Shown here: piece after piece, positions 61,901-64,000 of the stretch | Layout of the letters: each line of letters opens with the position of its first letter | How positions within the stretch are numbered: position 1 is the first letter of the stretch | Origin: Elephas maximus | Lineage: Eukaryota | NCBI RefSeq assembly: GCF_024166365.1 | Contig: NC_064830.1 | Span: 89,268,968-89,332,967 of the forward strand | Reading direction: 5' to 3' | DNA: 64,000 nucleotides | The notes under the pieces: model-generated | Seen by the model: only the letters and a program-made list of their open reading frames with translations | Told to the model about the DNA's origin: nothing | Databases searched by the model: none | Program-made: the position numbers and the translations under genes

Positions 61901-64000
61901 ACAGTAGGAATCCGTCCAATGGTGATCTTCCCTTTGCCCCCTTCATGTTGAGTGTGAGCACACACTCATGAAGACATATAAGCCAGCCCTTCATGCCTTT
62001 ATCTCCCCCTGTTTTAGATAACAAATGTTTCAATTGCGCATTCCAATTCTCTATCAAACCACTATTCTGATGGTATGCAACATGGTATGTCCATTTAATA
62101 CGATGTTTCTTGGCCCACTGCTGCACCCTTTGGGCTACAAAGTGTGTTCCTTGGTCTGATGAAATGTAACTCAGTAGCCCAAATTGGTACAGTATCTATT
62201 GTTCCAATCCCTTAACGGTGTTTTTGGCATTTACGTCTGTCATGAGATATGCAAGGCCCAGTCCTGAGTGAATATCTATTGCTACGAGGACCCATTTGTA
62301 GTCACTTGGTACCAACAGTGTCATTGGTCCAATATAATCAACTTGCCAGCTATGCGTAGGGCCTTCCTCCTGAGGAATCTGCCCCATAGCCATCTGCAAC
62401 CTCTGTCTTTTTTGCTGAGCAGTCCTTGCTAGCATTTTGTGCCCCAAAGGTTGCAAAAGGGTTGTGTCGAGATTCAGCCAATCTCTGCATACTGCAGCAC
62501 CCTCATTTCTGTTCATTTTGTGAACCAACTGTCCACCTCAAGTGTACCAACAAGTCCACTTGCTGATTCCAATAGCCTTCCAATGCAGGAACAGGGTTCT
62601 TCTGATGGGCATCAATATATCCTACTCTTACGCGCCCTCTAAATTCCCAGAGTGCTTTCCATAGGTCCATGCCCCACACGGGTGTCCACTTAATAGTCCA
62701 ATTTTCTATCACCCGTTTGCTTGACCATATAGCCAGACCATTGGCCACTGCCTATGAATGAGTAAAAATCCAAACATATGGGCTCTCACCATTGCCCAAT
62801 TCTTACATCATAACAGTTCAGTCCATTGGGCTAACCTGTTCTTCCGTCTTCAGAGTCTTTCCATCTGCTGGTCTTAATGCAACAGCTTTCCATATCAAAT
62901 GTTGTCCATGTATCCTGGAATGCCATCCATGAACCAAGCAGCCTTCTGCTGGTGAGCAGAAAGTTGTTCATAGGGTACTGTCCATGTAGCAGTGAGCTCT
63001 GGCAGCTTCTCAGGTGGTTCCAGAGTAGGACATATGGGAAAAGAGGCTACCTGCTTGTGGATACAGTGAGTGCCTCCTTGCATTCTCCCGAAAGCTTGTT
63101 CTTGTAGGAACCATTTTCATTTTATTATGGAACTATTCTGGGTACCACCTTCCTTATTAGAGCGTTTCTCTGACATCACCCAAGACATTATGGGTATTTC
63201 AGGTCTCATGATGATTTTACGTCCTTCTGCCATTGAGGCAGTCTCAGTCAACACCCGATAGCAGGTGAGTAACAGCCTTTCAGGTGGCATGTATTGTGCT
63301 TTTGGAAACTTTCTAATTCAGAATCCCAGTGGTCACCGAGGGCAGCATTCTCAGGTTTTGCCATAAGCTCCAGTATGCATAAGCACGTGTGGCAGACACT
63401 TCCAAAATCATGTCTGAATGTGGATCAAAAGGGCCTAAAGGCAGAGAGAGTGAGACCACTTTCTGTAATTCAGACATCGCCTGCTGTTGTTCTGTCCCCC
63501 ATTCAAACATGGTTTTCTGCTGAGTGGTTTTATAGATGGGAGCCAGCAATATTCCCAGATGTGGAATATGCATTCTACAAAATCCAAATAGACCAACCAA
63601 ATGTTGGGCCTCCTGCTTAGTCTTGGTGGTAGGTAGCAACAGTAACTTATTTTTGGTTGCTTATGGAATGTCACAGGTGGCTCCTGCCCAAGTTATTCCC
63701 CAAAATTTCACCGTTTGGGCAAGGCCCTGGATTTTTGCTGCATTTATTAACCAGACTCTGTTGGTCATATGGGCCACCACTGTATTCAAATCAGCCCTAG
63801 CTTGTTCTTCAGTGTTTGATGTTAACATAATATCATCAATGTAATGTATCATTACGCTTGAGATCTGTACCAAATCCAAGTCTCTTCTAATCAAACTATG
63901 ACAGTAAGCTGGTGATTGCAAGTAACCCTGTGATAATACAATGAAAGTAAATGGGATCCTTTCCATGTGAAAACAAACTGCAGCTATTCCAAGATTGGGA
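61896..64000 (-). mobile_element. Second ERV provirus, pol region only: RT/RNase H 63313-63966 and integrase 61896-62528. It extends beyond the window end and is truncated at ~61900.
   Basis: ORF 63661..63966(-) ...LSQGYLQSPAYCHSLIRRDLDLVQISSVMIHYIDDIMLTSNTEEQ... (YIDD RT motif). ORFs 62196..62528(-) and 61896..62126(-) are integrase-like: WQVDYIGPM...VLVAIDIHSGLGLAY and HVAYHQNSGLIENWN. Confidence 0.8.

Noticed and set aside
1-64000. Search for a prokaryotic-style novel system (operons, CRISPR arrays, defence islands, integrons)
   Set aside because: The sequence is mammalian nuclear DNA, with spliced genes, SINE/LINE/ERV repeats and no dense coding. No CRISPR repeats, Shine-Dalgarno-led operons or similar structures are present.

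Overview
This window is mammalian nuclear DNA, not prokaryotic. The repeat content points to Afrotheria, most likely elephant. That rests on many tRNA-derived AfroSINEs, RTE/BovB-type LINEs with the 'LVRIHSTPPKNTNNNP' tail, and L1 elements with a ~1.1 kb 3'UTR. All coordinates were derived by hand against the ORF track and may be off by 1-2 nt.

Genes present:
- MVP (major vault protein): the complete coding region lies on the minus strand as 14 coding exons, from the ATG at 32696 to the TAA at 12487. That gives an 891-aa product that matches human MVP (recalled from memory) along its whole length. The 5'-UTR exon was not found. Intron 1 is therefore more than 20 kb long and packed with transposons.
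- PAGR1: the terminal coding exon lies upstream of MVP on the same strand (about 52860-53030), the same gene order as human 16p11.2. It carries an in-frame TAG where human has Glu, followed by 56 well-conserved codons.
- RPS2 processed pseudogene: it sits inside MVP intron 2 in sense orientation. It has a poly(A) tail, an AATAAA signal, a 16-17 bp target-site duplication and a still-open 283-codon ORF.

Repeats:
- More than half the window is L1, RTE, AfroSINE, two ERV proviruses and an unclassified ~520 bp repeat family.
- Insertion order can be read from nesting. One ERV inserted into an RTE (TSD GTATT). That ERV then acquired an AfroSINE in its 3' LTR, an AfroSINE in gag, an L1 fragment and the unclassified repeat.

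No bacterial-type system (operon, CRISPR, defence island) is present. Most ORF-track entries are transposon ORFs, MVP exons or chance antisense ORFs.
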